Origin: Malacoraja senta
Lineage: Eukaryota
Assembly: GCA_038087875.1 (NCBI GenBank)
Contig: CM075995.1
Coordinates: forward strand, 1,800,001-1,864,000
Reading direction: 5' to 3'
DNA: 64,000 nucleotides
Positions 49,742 to 62,451 of the stretch are shown here, piece after piece; positions within the stretch are counted from its first letter, which is position 1; the number at the start of each line of letters is the position of its first letter. The position numbers and the translations under genes are program-made. The notes under the pieces are model-generated. The model did no database searches. It saw only the letters and a list, made by a program, of their open reading frames with translations, and had not been told where the DNA came from.

Positions 49742-50339
49742 CCTTCTTCAGACCAAGAAACGAGGAACTGCGGACGCTAGTATACAAACCACAAAACAAC
49801 CACAGTACTAGTTCAAAAAAAAACTGGAGTCCTTAGTACAACTAAAGACAGTCCATGAAAAGACACAAAGTGCTGGAGGAACTCAGCGGGTCAGACAGCA
49901 TCTCAGGAGAACATGGAGAGGTGACGTTTCAGGTTGGGACACTTCTTCAGAAACTTTCCAAAAGACTGTGCGGTGCCAATATCGTATCTGCCTCAACGAC
50001 CGCCCCTGGCAGCGCGTTCCAGGCACTCACCGCCCTCTGGGTGAAAGACTTGACTCAGACCATCAGGCTGAAGAAGGGTCCCGACCCAAAACGTTACCCT
50101 CCAGAGATGCTGTCTGACCTGTGGAGTTACGTCAGCACTTTGTGTCCTTTTTCAGAACAAGATCACACTTAGTTTAGTTTAGTTTATTGTCGCATGTACT
50201 GAGGTACAGTGAAATCCTTTTTGTTGCATGCTAGCCAGTCAGCGAAAAGACTATATTTAATTACAATTAAGCCGTCCACAGTGCACAGATACGGGACAAG
50301 GGAATAAGGTTTAATGCAAGATAAAGTCCGATTAAATAT

Positions 50340-50538
50340 GCAGGAAGGAAGTGCAGATGCAGATTTACACTGAAGATAGACACAAAGTGCTGGAGTAACT
50401 CAGCGGGTTCTTGAAGAAGGGGCTCGACCCGAAACGTCACCCATTCCTTCTCTCCAGAGATGCTGCCTGTCCCGCTGTGTTACTCCAGCTTTTTGTGTCT
50501 ATCTTCGGTTTAAACCAGCATCTGCAGTTTCTTCCTAC
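50340..50538. mobile_element. Fold-back pLTR-derived element
   Basis: Inverted arms around TTGAAGAAGGGGCTCGACCCGAAACGTC. Confidence 0.78.
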
Positions 50539-51369
50539 AGAATCTTTCTCTTTGCTTCCAAACCATCTCCCCCCTCCCCCTCTAAAACAGACGATAATAT
50601 AGATGATTTATTTCAGAACAGCACTCCATAGTTGGAGTTGGAGCTTCGGATTGGAATTTTGCGATGATTTTTAAAAAGAAGCCGTGTTGAAGTTTCAAAT
50701 AAACCACATTGCTTAGTTTTTAAATATTGAATTCCTCATCATTCACTGCGGCTGCAATTGCAGGGTCTTTACATTTTCTACAGAACATGATTACTGAAGC
50801 ATCTCATGAATTTCAATATTAGAAAATAGAATTTTCAACGTATTTGATAGTTCAAAGATTTTTTTTAAACACAGTCCCTCTCAGTATATTCATTTCACTT
50901 CCAGACAAATGCAGCACAATGTTATTAAGCTGTGAATAAAAGCCCGTAGCTCATATAATTTAAATAATAATATCTTCTCGTTCATATCAACCAAGCTCAA
51001 TGATGTGTTTTGCTATCTAATGTTCAAGCGTTTAAGATGGTGCTGGAAGCACTTTGTGGTATGGTATGGTTTGTAAAGATGGTTAATATTTCAAATTAAT
51101 ACTAGAATGGGATTTTATAGAAACCTTTAGGTTTTGCTGACCTTTGACTGCTAATAAACTGGATCCAACCTCAGTTCACTGTGGGGTTGATGTTATGAAA
51201 CCACGAACAATAACTCGTGACTTAAGGCATGGAGGCAAGTATAAGATGGCGCCCGACCCAAGCGACTATTTGCGTGCTGGCCACAGAAGCAGATCTTTAA
51301 TCACGTACTACAATCTCTCCACGCTCTTCAATCTCTACCCCTACAGCAACATTTCTCACTTTAACTATG

Positions 51370-52070
51370 ATAGAGTCATAGAGTGAAACAGCGTGGAAAC
51401 AGGCCCTTCGGCCCAACTTGCCCACACCGGCCAACAATGTCCCAAGCTTCTTAGAATAAAGGGGAGGTCATATAAGACTGAGGTGAGAAAACATCTTTTT
51501 CACCCAGAGAGTTGTGAATTTGTGGAATTCCCTGCCACAGAGGGCAGTGGAGGCCAAGTCACTGGATGGATTTAAGAGAGAGTTAGATAGAGCTCTAGGG
51601 TCTAGTGGAGTCAAGGGATATGGGGAGAATGCAGGCACGGGTTATTGATAGGGGACGATCAGCCATGATCACAATGAACGGCGGTGCTGGCTCGAAGGGC
51701 CGAATGGCCTCCTCCTGCACCTATTTTCTATGTTTCTATGTTTCTCACACTAGTTCCTCCTGTCTGCGCTTTGTCCATATCCATCCAAATCTGTCCTATC
51801 CATGTACCTGTCTAACTGTTTCTTACACGTTGGGATAGTCCCTGCCTCAACTACCTCCTCCGGCAGCTTGTTCCATACACCCACCACCACCCTTTGTGCG
51901 AACAAGTTATCCCTCAGATACCTATTAAATCTTTTCCCCTTCACCATAAACCCATGTCCTCTGGTCCTCGATTCCCCTACTCTGGGCAAAAGATTCTATG
52001 CATCTACCCGATCTATTCCTCTCATGATTTTATACACCTCTATAAGATCACCCCTCATCCTCCTGCGCTC
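51370..52070. mobile_element. CR1 3' end (+, ~51450-51744) nested in a second-subfamily CR1 3' end (-)
   Basis: Host sequence aacaatgtccca...cactagt resumes after the insert. Confidence 0.82.
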
Positions 52071-52112
52071 TCTTCGCCTTGCACTGAATGTTATTCCTTT
52101 CTCATGATAGTC

Positions 52113-52312
52113 ACAAACTGCTGGAGGAACTCAGCGGGGCAGGCAACATCTCTGGAGAGAAGGAATGGGTGACGTTTCGTGCCGAGACCGTTCTTCAGTC
52201 TCGACCCGAAACGTCACCCATTCCTTCTCTCCGGAGATTCTGCCTGTCCCGCTGAGTTCCTCCAGCATTTTGTGCCCATCTTCAGTTAAACCAGCATCTA
52301 CAGTTCCTTCCA
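52113..52312. mobile_element. Fold-back pLTR-derived element
   Basis: Inverted arms; both carry the GGAGGAACTC variant. Confidence 0.78.
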
Positions 52313-52610
52313 AACGTTATTCCCTTATCATGTGTCTATACACGGTAAATGGATTGATTGTAATCATGTATTGTCTTTCTGCTGACTGGGTAGCACGCAA
52401 CAAAAGCTTTTCACCGTACCTCGATACACTTGACAATAAACTAAACTGGAGTTTCCTGAAAGTGGCCTTGCAGATCGATAAGGTGGTGAAGAAGTATATT
52501 GGCATTCTGGTGATCATCAGTCAGGGAATAGAGTATACCCGTCCTTTTTCTCCAGAGACAGTGCCTGACTGACTGAGTTACTCCAGCACTTTGTATCTAT
52601 CTTCGGTATA

Positions 52611-53128
52611 GTCAAGTCAAGTCAAGTCACATTTATATATATAGCACATTTAAAAAACAACTCCCGTTGGCCAAAGTGCTTTACATTTGTTATAAGAATA
52701 GCACAAACAAAACAAACTACATACATATATACATGTAGCCCTCACTCAGAGGACGTCAGGAAAGGCTTGGGAGTACAGATAAGTCTTTAGTCTTGACATA
52801 AAAGAGTCGATGGAGGGGGCAGTTCTGATGGGAAGGGGGATGCTGTTCCACAGTCTAGGAGCTGCAACCACAAAGGCGCGGTCGCCCCTGAGCTTATGCC
52901 TAGGCCGTGGGATATTCAGCAACCCCAAGTCGGCCGATCTGAGGGGCCTGGAGGTGGAGTGGTGGGTGAGAAGACTTTTTATGTAGGTGGGGGCAAGCCC
53001 ATTGAGGGCTTTGTAGACATGGAGGAGGATCTTGAAGTTTATACGGAACCGCACAGGGAGCCAGTGGAGAGAGGCCAGGATCGGGGTGATGTGGTCACTT
53101 TTTCGGGTGCCCGTCAGGAGTCTCGCTG
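52611..53128 (-). mobile_element. L2-clade LINE 3' end
   Basis: AARLLTG...HITPILASLHWLPVRFRINFK...GDRAF..AAPRLWNS; (CTTGA)n tail; TSD CGGTATA (52604-52610, 53129-53135). Confidence 0.92.
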
Positions 53129-53879
53129 CGGTATACACCAGCAGCTGCAGTTCCTTCCTACATTATTAGACTCTAGGTGTAGGCACATCAAGATGCTGGT
53201 GTGGCTGCACTTGGAATACTGCAGATAGACACAAAGTGCTGGAGTAACTCAGTGGGTCAGATAGCATCTCTGGAGGAAAGGGATAGGTGACGTCTAAGGT
53301 TGGGATCCTTCTTCAGACTGAAGGTAGAGGGGGAGGAACTGGTGGTAGGAAAAGGCCAGAACAAATCAGGGCCAGCAGCAGATGACCAAGAAAGTGTGTT
53401 CAGTTTTGGTGACCTTGGTGCAGGAAGAACTTCATTAAACTGGAAAGAGTGCAGAGAAGATTTACGAGGATGTTATAGAGTCCTTGAGTCATACCTGCGT
53501 GGGTTTTCTACGAGATCTTCGGTTTCCTCCCACCGGCAGGTTTGTAGGTTAATTGGCTTGGTATAAATGTCAATTGTCCCAAGTGCAAGGGCAGTGTTAA
53601 CGTGCGGGGGGGTCGCTGGTCGGCGCGGTCTCGGTGGGCCAAAGGGCCTGTTTCCGCGCTGTATCTCTAAACTAAACTAAATGTCACCACTAGACTCAAA
53701 CAGTGCTCCGCGCTGTATACTCAGTCACGCTCCTGACAACGTGGCAACCAAGAAACAGAGCAGTCTAGTTAGCCTCTCCATCTTGTTCCTGGTTCTCGAT
53801 AATGGATAATCTGCGATTCTATTCAGATCTTCACATCATCTATAATCCTCAATTAACAAAGTTAATTGCAGATTAAAAA

Positions 53880-54182
53880 TTTGTTTAGTTTAGCTCGGAG
53901 AGGCCGCGTGAAAACCGACTCTTCGGCCCACAAAGTCCGTGCCGACCAGCGATCCTTACACGCTAACACTATTCTACATACACACAAGCAACAATTCACA
54001 ATGTCTCCAAAGCCAATTAACCAACAAGCCTGCACGTCTTTGGGGTGTGGGAGGTAACCGCAGCACACGGAGTAAAACCTGCGTGGTCACGGGGAGAAAG
54101 TACAAACTCCGTACACTCAGCACCCGTGATCTGGATGGAACCCGGGCCTCTGGCGCTGTAAGGCAGCATCATACCGCTGCAC
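53880..54182 (-). mobile_element. HE1-like SINE
   Basis: Family similarity. Confidence 0.82.
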
Positions 54183-54474
54183 CAACAATAAACAACAGAG
54201 TCCATGTAAATTAGGTCAAACATTCCACAACATTGTTATAAATGTTTCCAACTACTGAGAGGTCGGGTTTGAATGTTTAGACCTCAACTTTGGTGACTAC
54301 CCCTCACCATTCACCCTATTTGTTCCACTTGTAAAATTTCTAACAAATCATATGTTAACCTTTGAAATTCCATGCGTGGCAACTTTTGATTTTTGTCATC
54401 TTTTCTCATAATTGACGTGGAATTGGTCTGTGGAATTCACTGCCTCAGTGGAGGCAGGTTCTCTGGATGCTTTC

Positions 54475-55046
54475 TTTTTTTTTTTATTGTTTAAATTAGA
54501 TGTAAGTACAATTGTATACAATCATATTTTCATAATGCATATTATGTACAGCTTCTTATTTTTATAATAAAGGAGAAAAAGAAAAAGAAGTTAGATAATG
54601 AAAAATAGAAAAATGTGAGATAGTGTGTGAAAAAGGAAAATAGAGAGTGAAAGAAGAAAGTTAAGAAATAGAAAATAGGAAAAAGAAAATAAAAGAAGAA
54701 AAAGAAAGAGAAAGAAAAAAAGAAGTAAGGAGATCGTATTTATAATCTTGACCATCCCTCGCCCAGTCACGAGTTAACTTTTACAATTGTGTTGCACCAT
54801 ATGATTCCAAAAATACGACAAATGGAGACCAACTCGTTGTGAATTGGTCAAATTTATCTATTAGGCGGAATCGCATTTCCTCAAGATGTGCGGTGTCCAA
54901 CATACTTGCAATCCACATTTTAAGCGTTGGTATTGGTGTATTTTTCCAAAATTTCAATATTAATTTTTTAGCTATTATTAAACCATAATTAAAAAATAAT
55001 TTTTGAGATGGATTCAGTTTATTCCCATCTTCCATTACCCCAAATA
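54475..55046 (-). mobile_element. L1-clade LINE 3' end (second subfamily) inside a CR1 3' end
   Basis: IFGV...NYGLIIAKKLILKFWKNTPIPTLKMW; poly-A; TSD TGGATGCTTTC (54464-54474, 55047-55057). Confidence 0.9.
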
Positions 55047-55737
55047 TGGATGCTTTCAAGAGAGAGCTAGATAGGGCTCTTAAAGATAGCGGAGTCAGGG
55101 GATATGGGGAGATGGCAGGAGCTGATTGGGGATGATCAGCCATGATCACATTGAATGGCGGTGCTGGCTCGAAGGGCCGAATGGCCTACTCCTGCACCTA
55201 TTGTCGATTGTCTATTGTCTATAATTAATTTCACTCACAATCCTTGCAAATCCAACTGCACTTCCTCCAATGTCAATCTGTTAAATCCATCCACAACATT
55301 GCAGGTGATGAGCAACTGGACTTTAGTACAGTTGTATCCTAAACTCTACTCCTTTGATCTCCAGTCTGAGATCAAAACAAAAGTTTAATTAACCTTTTTG
55401 AATGGATTCATTACTTGTCCTTGACTATTTTAACAATTTATGAACTGTGATTCTTACTATAGTCTCAGTTTAGTTTAGTTTATTGTCACGTGTACTGAGG
55501 CACAATGAAAAGCCTTTGATGCGTGCTAACCAGTCGGCAGAAAGACAATGCAAGAGACAATAGACAATAGGTGCAGGAGTAGGCCATTCGGCCCCTCGAG
55601 TACAATCGAGCCATTCACAGTGTACAGATACATGATGGAGGGAATAGCTTTTAGTGCAAGATAAGTCCAGTAGTGTCCACAAGTGTCTCCGCTGAGGTCA
55701 TTAAGTAGGTGAAGGAAGGAACTGCAGATGCTGGTTT

Positions 55738-55966
55738 AGTCTGTGGAATTCTCTGCCTCTGAGGGCAGTGGAGGCCAGTTCTCTGGATACTTTCAAGAGC
55801 GAGCTAGATAGGGCTCTTAAAGATAGCGGAGTCAGGGGATATGGGGAGAAGGCAGGAACAGGGTACTGATTGGGGATGATCAGCCATGATCACATTGAAT
55901 GGCGGTGCTGGCTCAAAGGGCCGAATGGCCTACTCCTGCACCTATTATCTATTGTCTATTGTCTAT
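55738..55966 (+). mobile_element. CR1 3' end inserted in a pLTR-derived element (55712-56068)
   Basis: Host GCTGGTTTA|AACCGAAGA is split by the LINE tail. Confidence 0.82.
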
Positions 55967-56399
55967 CAACCGAAGACGGACCCAAAATGCTGGAGTAACT
56001 CAGCGGGACAGGCAGCATCTCTGGAGAGAAGGAATGGGTGACTTTCGTGTTGAGACCCTTCTTCAGACACTCTAGTTAGACAATAGACAATAGACAATAG
56101 GTGCAGGAGTAGGCCATTCGGCCCTTCGAGCCCTCACCGCCATTCAATGTGATCATGGCTGATCATCCCCTTGTTGTTAATAAGATGGTTCAGTTGCTTG
56201 ATAACAGCTGGGAAGAAACAGTCCGTGAATCCGGAGGTGTCCCTTGAGTTTCTTGGACATTTTATGGATTGAAAGGTTTCAAGTAGTATGGGCCAACGCG
56301 GGCAAATGGGACCAACATTGATGGCCAGCATGGGCGAGTTGGACCGGAAAAGGGGGTTCAATTCCAATTAATTTATAGGAAACCCATTGCAGTCTATTA

Positions 56400-56872
56400 G
56401 TTTCAGCTCAGTTTAGTATATTATTGTCAGGTGGACCGAAGTACAGTGAAAAACATTTGTTTGCGTGCTACCCAGTGAAAAAAAAAATAGACATGAATGC
56501 AATCAAGCCATCCACATGCATAAATAAAGGATAAAGGGTACAATATTCAGTTCAAAATGTTATATTGAAATACGATAAAGTACAATGAAAGATAGTTCAA
56601 AGGTCTCCATTGAAGTAGATGGGAGGTCAGGACAATGCGAGGACCATTCAGTTGCCTGATAACAGCTGGGAAGAAACTGTCCCTGAATCTGGAGGTGTGC
56701 GTTTTCACACTTCTGTACCTCTTGCCTGATGGGAGAGGGGAGAAGAGGGAGTGACCGGGTTGGGACTGGTTCGTGATCATACTGGTAGCCTTGCTGAGGC
56801 AGCATGAAGTGTAGTCGGAGTCAATGGAAGGGAGATTTGTTTGCGTGGTGCTCTGGGCTACGTCCACAACTC
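56400..56872 (-). mobile_element. Rex1/Babar-like LINE 3' end
   Basis: ORF 56547-56867 (LPSIDS..TSCCLSKA...PGHSLFSPLPSGKRYRS). Confidence 0.82.
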
Positions 56873-57949
56873 TCTACATGCAAATGTAGCGTTTCACTGT
56901 ACATCGGTGCATGTAACAATTAAGTACCATTGGATATTTTGGAGACTAAACAAACTCAGTCCAAACTCTATCCTCCCCCCTCCCGCTTGCAGCCCCCCAC
57001 CTTGCTTCCCTTCCTCCACTAAACGTGGGTTGAGCAGTTCCACAGTTGGCAATGATGTGTCCTATTCTTGGGCTCACACCATCCCTAGCCAACAGACAAC
57101 CTATCATGGAACCTGAAGATAGACACAAATGGCAGGAGCAACTCAGCGGGACAGGCAGCGTCTCTGGAGAGAAAGACTGGGTGACGTTTCGGTTCGAGAT
57201 CCTTCTTCAGAGTGTGGAAGCTCATCTATTGCCAGCTTTGGTTTGTCCTGGATATTTCTTGCTCCCCCCCCCCCCCCCCCACCCCCCACCCGCACCCAAC
57301 CTGCCTCCGCAAGTTCACAAGTTTTAGGAGCAAAATTAGGCTATTCGGCCCGTCAAGTCTACTCCGTCATTCAATCGTGGCTGATCTACCTTTCCCCCTC
57401 CACCCCACTCTCCTGCCTTCTCCCCTAGAACCCACTGTACAAATAAGGCCAGGTTGACAAAGGTAGAGCAACAGGGCTACGAACGAGCCAGGCGGCCCAA
57501 ACAAACGACCCTAAAAGACTAGACCCGCGCACATAAACACACAGTTTAAAACTGAATCCCAGGGGTTGCGCACTGTGTTGGTAAAGTAGCTGTCATTGGC
57601 ATCCCCCTGCACCAAAGATAAGTACTGTGGGCGAGCGTGAATAATGATGTGAAGGCAGATTCAGCAGCAGGGAAGCTGCTAATTGTTTGATTATACAGAT
57701 CTTCACATTAATGAAGCACTTTTCCATGGGTCTAGAGCATGGCAAGCTACCAAATTACCACCCTAACACTCAAGCTGTGAGAGTTGATTACTCATTAACC
57801 AGCCGCAGAGTGGCACAAACATCATTTGCAGGCTATCCTTCGGATGAGCAAAAAAACATCGTTTGTTTGCGACGCGGAGAAGGTGGAGAATAAACGGGGG
57901 GTTGCATTCTTTGTTTTTTTGAAGCAACATATTGTCCTTTAGCCCTTTG

Positions 57950-58260
57950 GGTGGAATGGTGGCGCAACAGTAGAGCCACTGCCTTAAAGCGCCAAGTTCG
58001 ATCCTGACTACGGGTGCTTGTCTGTACAGAGTTTGTACGTTCTCCCCGTGGCCTGCGTGAGTTTTCTCGCGTGGAAATCTCCGGTTTCCTCCCACGCTCC
58101 AAAGACGTACAGGTTTGTAGGTTAATTGGCTTGGTATAAATGTAAATTGCCCTGTGTGTGTGTGTGTGTGTAGGATAGTGTTCGTGTGCGGGGATCGCTG
58201 GTCGGCCGGTGGGCACTCAGTGAGCTGAAAGGCCTGTTTCCGTGCTGTATCACTGAACTA
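57950..58260 (+). mobile_element. HE1-like SINE
   Basis: Family similarity. Confidence 0.85.
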
Positions 58261-58364
58261 AAAATAATGTTCGGGGTTAAATGTGCATGATGTGCATTCT
58301 GCAGTCGCGGGCGATGGGAGGGCAGATACTGAGGTAGTCCGTTCCTACCACTGCTTACAGAGTT

Positions 58365-58891
58365 TAGTTTAGCTTAATTTAGTTTAGAGATACAATAGAC
58401 AATAGACAATAGGTGAAGGAGTAGGCCATTTGGCCCTTCGAGCCAGCACCGCCATTCAATGTGATCATGGTTAAATCATCCACAATCAGTACCCCGTTCC
58501 TGCCTTCTCCCCATATCCCCTGACTCCGTTATCTTTAAGAGCCCAATCTAGCTCTCTCTTGAAAGTATCCAGAGAACCAGCCTCCACTGCCCTCTGAGGC
58601 AGAGAATACGGCGCGGAAACAGGCCCTTCGGCCCACCGGGTCCGCGCCGACCAGCGATCCCCGCACATTATCACTATCCTTCACCCACTGGGGGGCAATT
58701 TTTACAATTACCGAGCCAATTAACCTATAGACCTGCACGTCTTTGGAGTGTGGGAGGAAACCGAAGATCTCGGAGAAAACCCACGCAGGTCACGGGGAGA
58801 ACGTGCAAACTCCGTACAGACGGCACCCGTAGTCGGGGTCTCTGGCGCTGCATTCGCTATAAGGCAGCAACTCTACCGCTGCGCCACCGTG
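58365..58891 (-). mobile_element. HE1-like SINE with a CR1 3' end (58393-58605) inserted in its tail
   Basis: gagatac|...|atacggcgcggaaacagg. Confidence 0.85.
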
Positions 58892-59035
58892 ATCTCTAAA
58901 TGTTCCTGGGGCCAGCACTCGTGATTCTCAAAGCCGCACCAAATGCCCCTTCTCCAGTCTGAGCCACGAGGCCATGGGCCAGAGATTCCCAGGAGTCAGG
59001 GTTGATGTTCAGGAATTGCAACTATGCCGAAAACA

Positions 59036-59207
59036 GGCAGAAAGTGTTGGAGTAACTCAGCGGGTCAGGCAGCATCTCTGGAGGAAAAGAATAGGTGACG
59101 TTTCAGGGTCAGAGTCTGAAGAAGTGTCCCAACCCTAAACATCACCTATTCTTATCTTCCAGAGATGCTGCCTGACCCGCTGAGTTACTCCAATACTTTG
59201 TGTCTAT
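59036..59207. mobile_element. Fold-back pLTR-derived element
   Basis: Inverted arms share private variants (TTGGAG/CTCCAA; AAGAATAGG/CCTATTCTT). Confidence 0.8.
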
Positions 59208-59714
59208 CATGCATGATGATGTTCCCTTCTTCCAGGAAACATAGAAACATAGAAAATAGGTGCCGGAATTAGGCCATTCGGCCCTTCGAGCCAGCACCGC
59301 CATTCAATATGATCATGTCTGATCATCCTAAATCAGTCGACATTCCTGCTTTCTCCCCATCTCCCTTGATTCTAGGAAGCTTTAAGCACACACCCATGAA
59401 TGCTTCACCTCTCTCCACTTGTATTGGCTACAACGTTGGCCTGACCAAGGTTGATGACTGAATGTACTTAGGGCCTCAAAGCTGGGGAAGGACACCGAGC
59501 TGGCGACGATGGACGCAAGAGCAAGGGCCGGTCAGAGAGTCGCAAGGTCGGCCGCAGGAGGCGCCCCCGGGACACAGGGGCTGAAGGTGGCCGGGCGAGG
59601 AGAGGGCCGACTGGTTCACCTGGGCCTACCTGCTGCAACAGGCCGTACTTCCTCTCCATGACAACCAGGGACAGGGAGACCCGGGACATCTACCTGCAGA
59701 GGCCCATATTTAGT

Positions 59715-60041
59715 TTATAGTTTCGTTTAGTTTAGCGATACAGCACGGTAACAGGCCCTTCGGCCCACCGGGTCCATGCCGACCAGCGATGCCCGCACAT
59801 TAACGCTGCCCTACACACACATAGGGACATTTTTTACATTTATACCAAGCCAATTAACCTACAAACCTGCACGTCTTTGTAGTGCGGGAGGAAACCGAAG
59901 ATCTCGGAGAAAACCCACGCAGGTCACGGGGAGAACGTGCAAACTCTGTACAGACAGCACCCATAGTCGGCATCGAACCCAGGTCTCCGGTGCTGCAAGC
60001 GCTGTAAGGCAGCAACCCTACCGCTGCGCCACTGTGCCGCC
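59715..60041 (-). mobile_element. HE1-like SINE
   Basis: Family similarity. Confidence 0.88.
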
Positions 60042-60229
60042 TAGAGTGGCCACGTCACGCTGGATACTCACTCTGGTGGGGGGACAGGAGACAGTGAGGG
60101 GGGGATACGGGGGGGGTGGAAGATGGGGGGTTCAGGGCCGGGGGGGGGGCAGTCTATCAATGGGGGGTGGGGGTAATTCCTTAGTGCTGGCATTACATTA
60201 CCTCTCCAATAAGGAGTGCCGCGACTCTT

Positions 60230-60460
60230 GACACTGATGGTTCTGTCGCCTCATGACAGCTGGGAAGAAACTGTCCCTGAATCGGGAGGTGAGCGTTTCC
60301 ACACTTCTATACCTTTTTCCTGATGGGAGAGGGGAGAAGAGGGAGTGGCCAGGGTGCGACTCGTCCTTGATTATGCTGCTGGCCTTGCCGAGGCAGCGAG
60401 AGGTATAAATGGAGTCAATGGAAGGGAGGTTGGTTTGTGTGATGGTCTGGGCTACGTCCA
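60230..60460 (-). mobile_element. Rex1/Babar-like LINE fragment
   Basis: ORF 60198-60461. Confidence 0.82.
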
Positions 60461-60599
60461 TTGAATCGTTGAACCATTGCCATTGGTTTGACTATCCGTC
60501 TGGTCACTTTGAAGTATTTGATGGCACGGACTCAGTGGGCCGAAGGGCCTGTTTCCATGCTGTATCTCTAAACTAAACCAATCTAAGCGAAGAGCTTTA

Positions 60600-61224
60600 A
60601 GGGCCTGTCCCACTTGGGGCATCACTTACGCGACAGGCCGGTAGTGACGGTCGCGCGACGGTCCCGCGAGAGTTGCGCGCGTCATCATGCTCCCGCACAG
60701 CCGTCTGGAGCGCGTGACATCATTTGAAGAAGGACATAAAATGCAGGAGTAACTCAGCGGGACGGGCAGCATCTCTGGAGAGAAGGAATGGATGATGTTT
60801 CGGGTCGAGGCTCTTCTTCAGTCTGAAAGAAGGGTCTCGACCCGAAACGTCATCTATTCCTTCTCTCCAGAGATGCTGCCCGTCCCGCTGAGTTATTCCA
60901 GCATTTTGTGCCTATCTTCAATTTTCTTGGCCCAGCTCTGGGAGTAGGAGTGGTGGACGGATCCGGATCCGCAACGGCCGTGAGCCCCAGGCCGAGCTCG
61001 GCGATCGCTTGCCTGCTTCTGCTGCTGTTGGAGGTGAGACGTTGCGTCCAGGGTCTTGGACCTGTCCCACCTTAGTTACGCGACAGGTCAGTGGCGGGCG
61101 AAGATTTAGTGCAGGACGAGGTCCACACTCCTCCACACCACTCCATGCGCCCATCCCCGCACTACCCACACGCTAGCAGGTCGCGTAAATGGCGCACGAA
61201 AGACAGCCAAGTGGGACAGGCCCT
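60600..61224. mobile_element. PIF/Harbinger-like MITE carrying a captured hammerhead fold-back cassette
   Basis: TIR AGGGCCTGTCCCACTTGG / CCAAGTGGGACAGGCCCT; cassette ~60724-60921. Confidence 0.85.
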
Positions 61225-61504
61225 TAAAGCTTCAATGAGTCCAACATCAAAGTAAACAACTTCAGTGGAGTTACAGTACACAGATCAAATAGAATCAAAT
61301 AGATCAAACCAGATTTAATTGGTTAAATTAGTAAATTTGTTGTATTCATAGTTTCACCCGTTCCTTTCTTTTAGGGGAGTTGGGTGTAAATTTGTGAGAT
61401 GCCTGTGTTTGACATATTTGACCATCTGTATGTAATGATATGCAGGTACGACGACTCTGAAATAAAGCAGACTCTGCAATCGGTAGCCCTTGTCTCTGAA
61501 GTAT

Positions 61505-61870
61505 ACATAGAAACATTGAAAATAGGTGGAGGTGGAGGCCATTCGGTCCTTCCAGCCAGCACCGCCATTCAATATGATTATAGCTGATCATCCAGAATCA
61601 GTACCCCATTCCTACTTTCTCCTCATATCCCTTGATTCCATTAGTCCTAGGAGGTAAATCTAAGTCTCTCTTGAAAACATCCAGTGAATTGGCCTCCACT
61701 GCCTTCTGTGGCAGAGAATTCCACAGATTCACAACTCTCTGGCTGAAAATGTATTTTCTCATCTCAGTCCTAAATGGCACCACCCTTTATTCTTAAACTA
61801 TGATCCCTTGTTCTGGGGAACATGAGGAACATTTTTCCTGCATCTAACGTGTCCAACCCCTTAAGAATTG
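61505..61870 (-). mobile_element. CR1-clade LINE 3' end
   Basis: ORF 61598-61783. Confidence 0.85.
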
Positions 61871-62074
61871 TATACAGGAGGGCAGGGGCAACTGCTGCCT
61901 GGTAGAACACAATCATTGCGGATAGCGGTGAACACAATCTCCAAATGCCTTTTCCCTCCATTTTCCTCAATTGTGTTGTTGCATCGAAGGCTACAGGAAC
62001 TTTCATCACTGATATGTCTCCAGTCGGCTCCAAAATTAAAAAATGCCCTAAGGGGCTTCAAGGGCCCTTCATCA

Positions 62075-62450
62075 AGGGCGGCACGGTGGCGTAGTGGTAG
62101 AGTTGCCGCCTTACGGCACCAGAGACCAGGTTTGATCCTTACTACGGGTGCCTCTTCTGTATGGAGTTTGTACGTTCTCCCTGTAACCATGTGGGTTTTC
62201 TCCGAGTGCTCTGGTTTCTTCCTATACTCCAAAGACAAACAGGTTTGTAGGTTAATTCCCTTGGGTTTGTTTATTTCCAATTTCCCTCCGGGGATGAAGA
62301 AAGCTTTATTGTATCGTATTATATCGTATACTTGGTATGTGTAAATTACCCCTAGTGTGTGGAGGATTGTGTTAATTTGCAGGGATCGCTGGTCGCCGCG
62401 GACCTGGTGGGCCGAAGGGCCTGTTTCCGCGCGGTATCTCTAAACTAAAC
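62075..62450 (+). mobile_element. HE1-like SINE with short insertion
   Basis: Family similarity. Confidence 0.85.
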
Positions 62451-62451
62451 T

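Noticed and set aside
61770..62344. Overlapping 87-158-aa ORFs as a gene
   Set aside because: They cross LINE, unique and SINE sequence boundaries, and no known protein motif is present.
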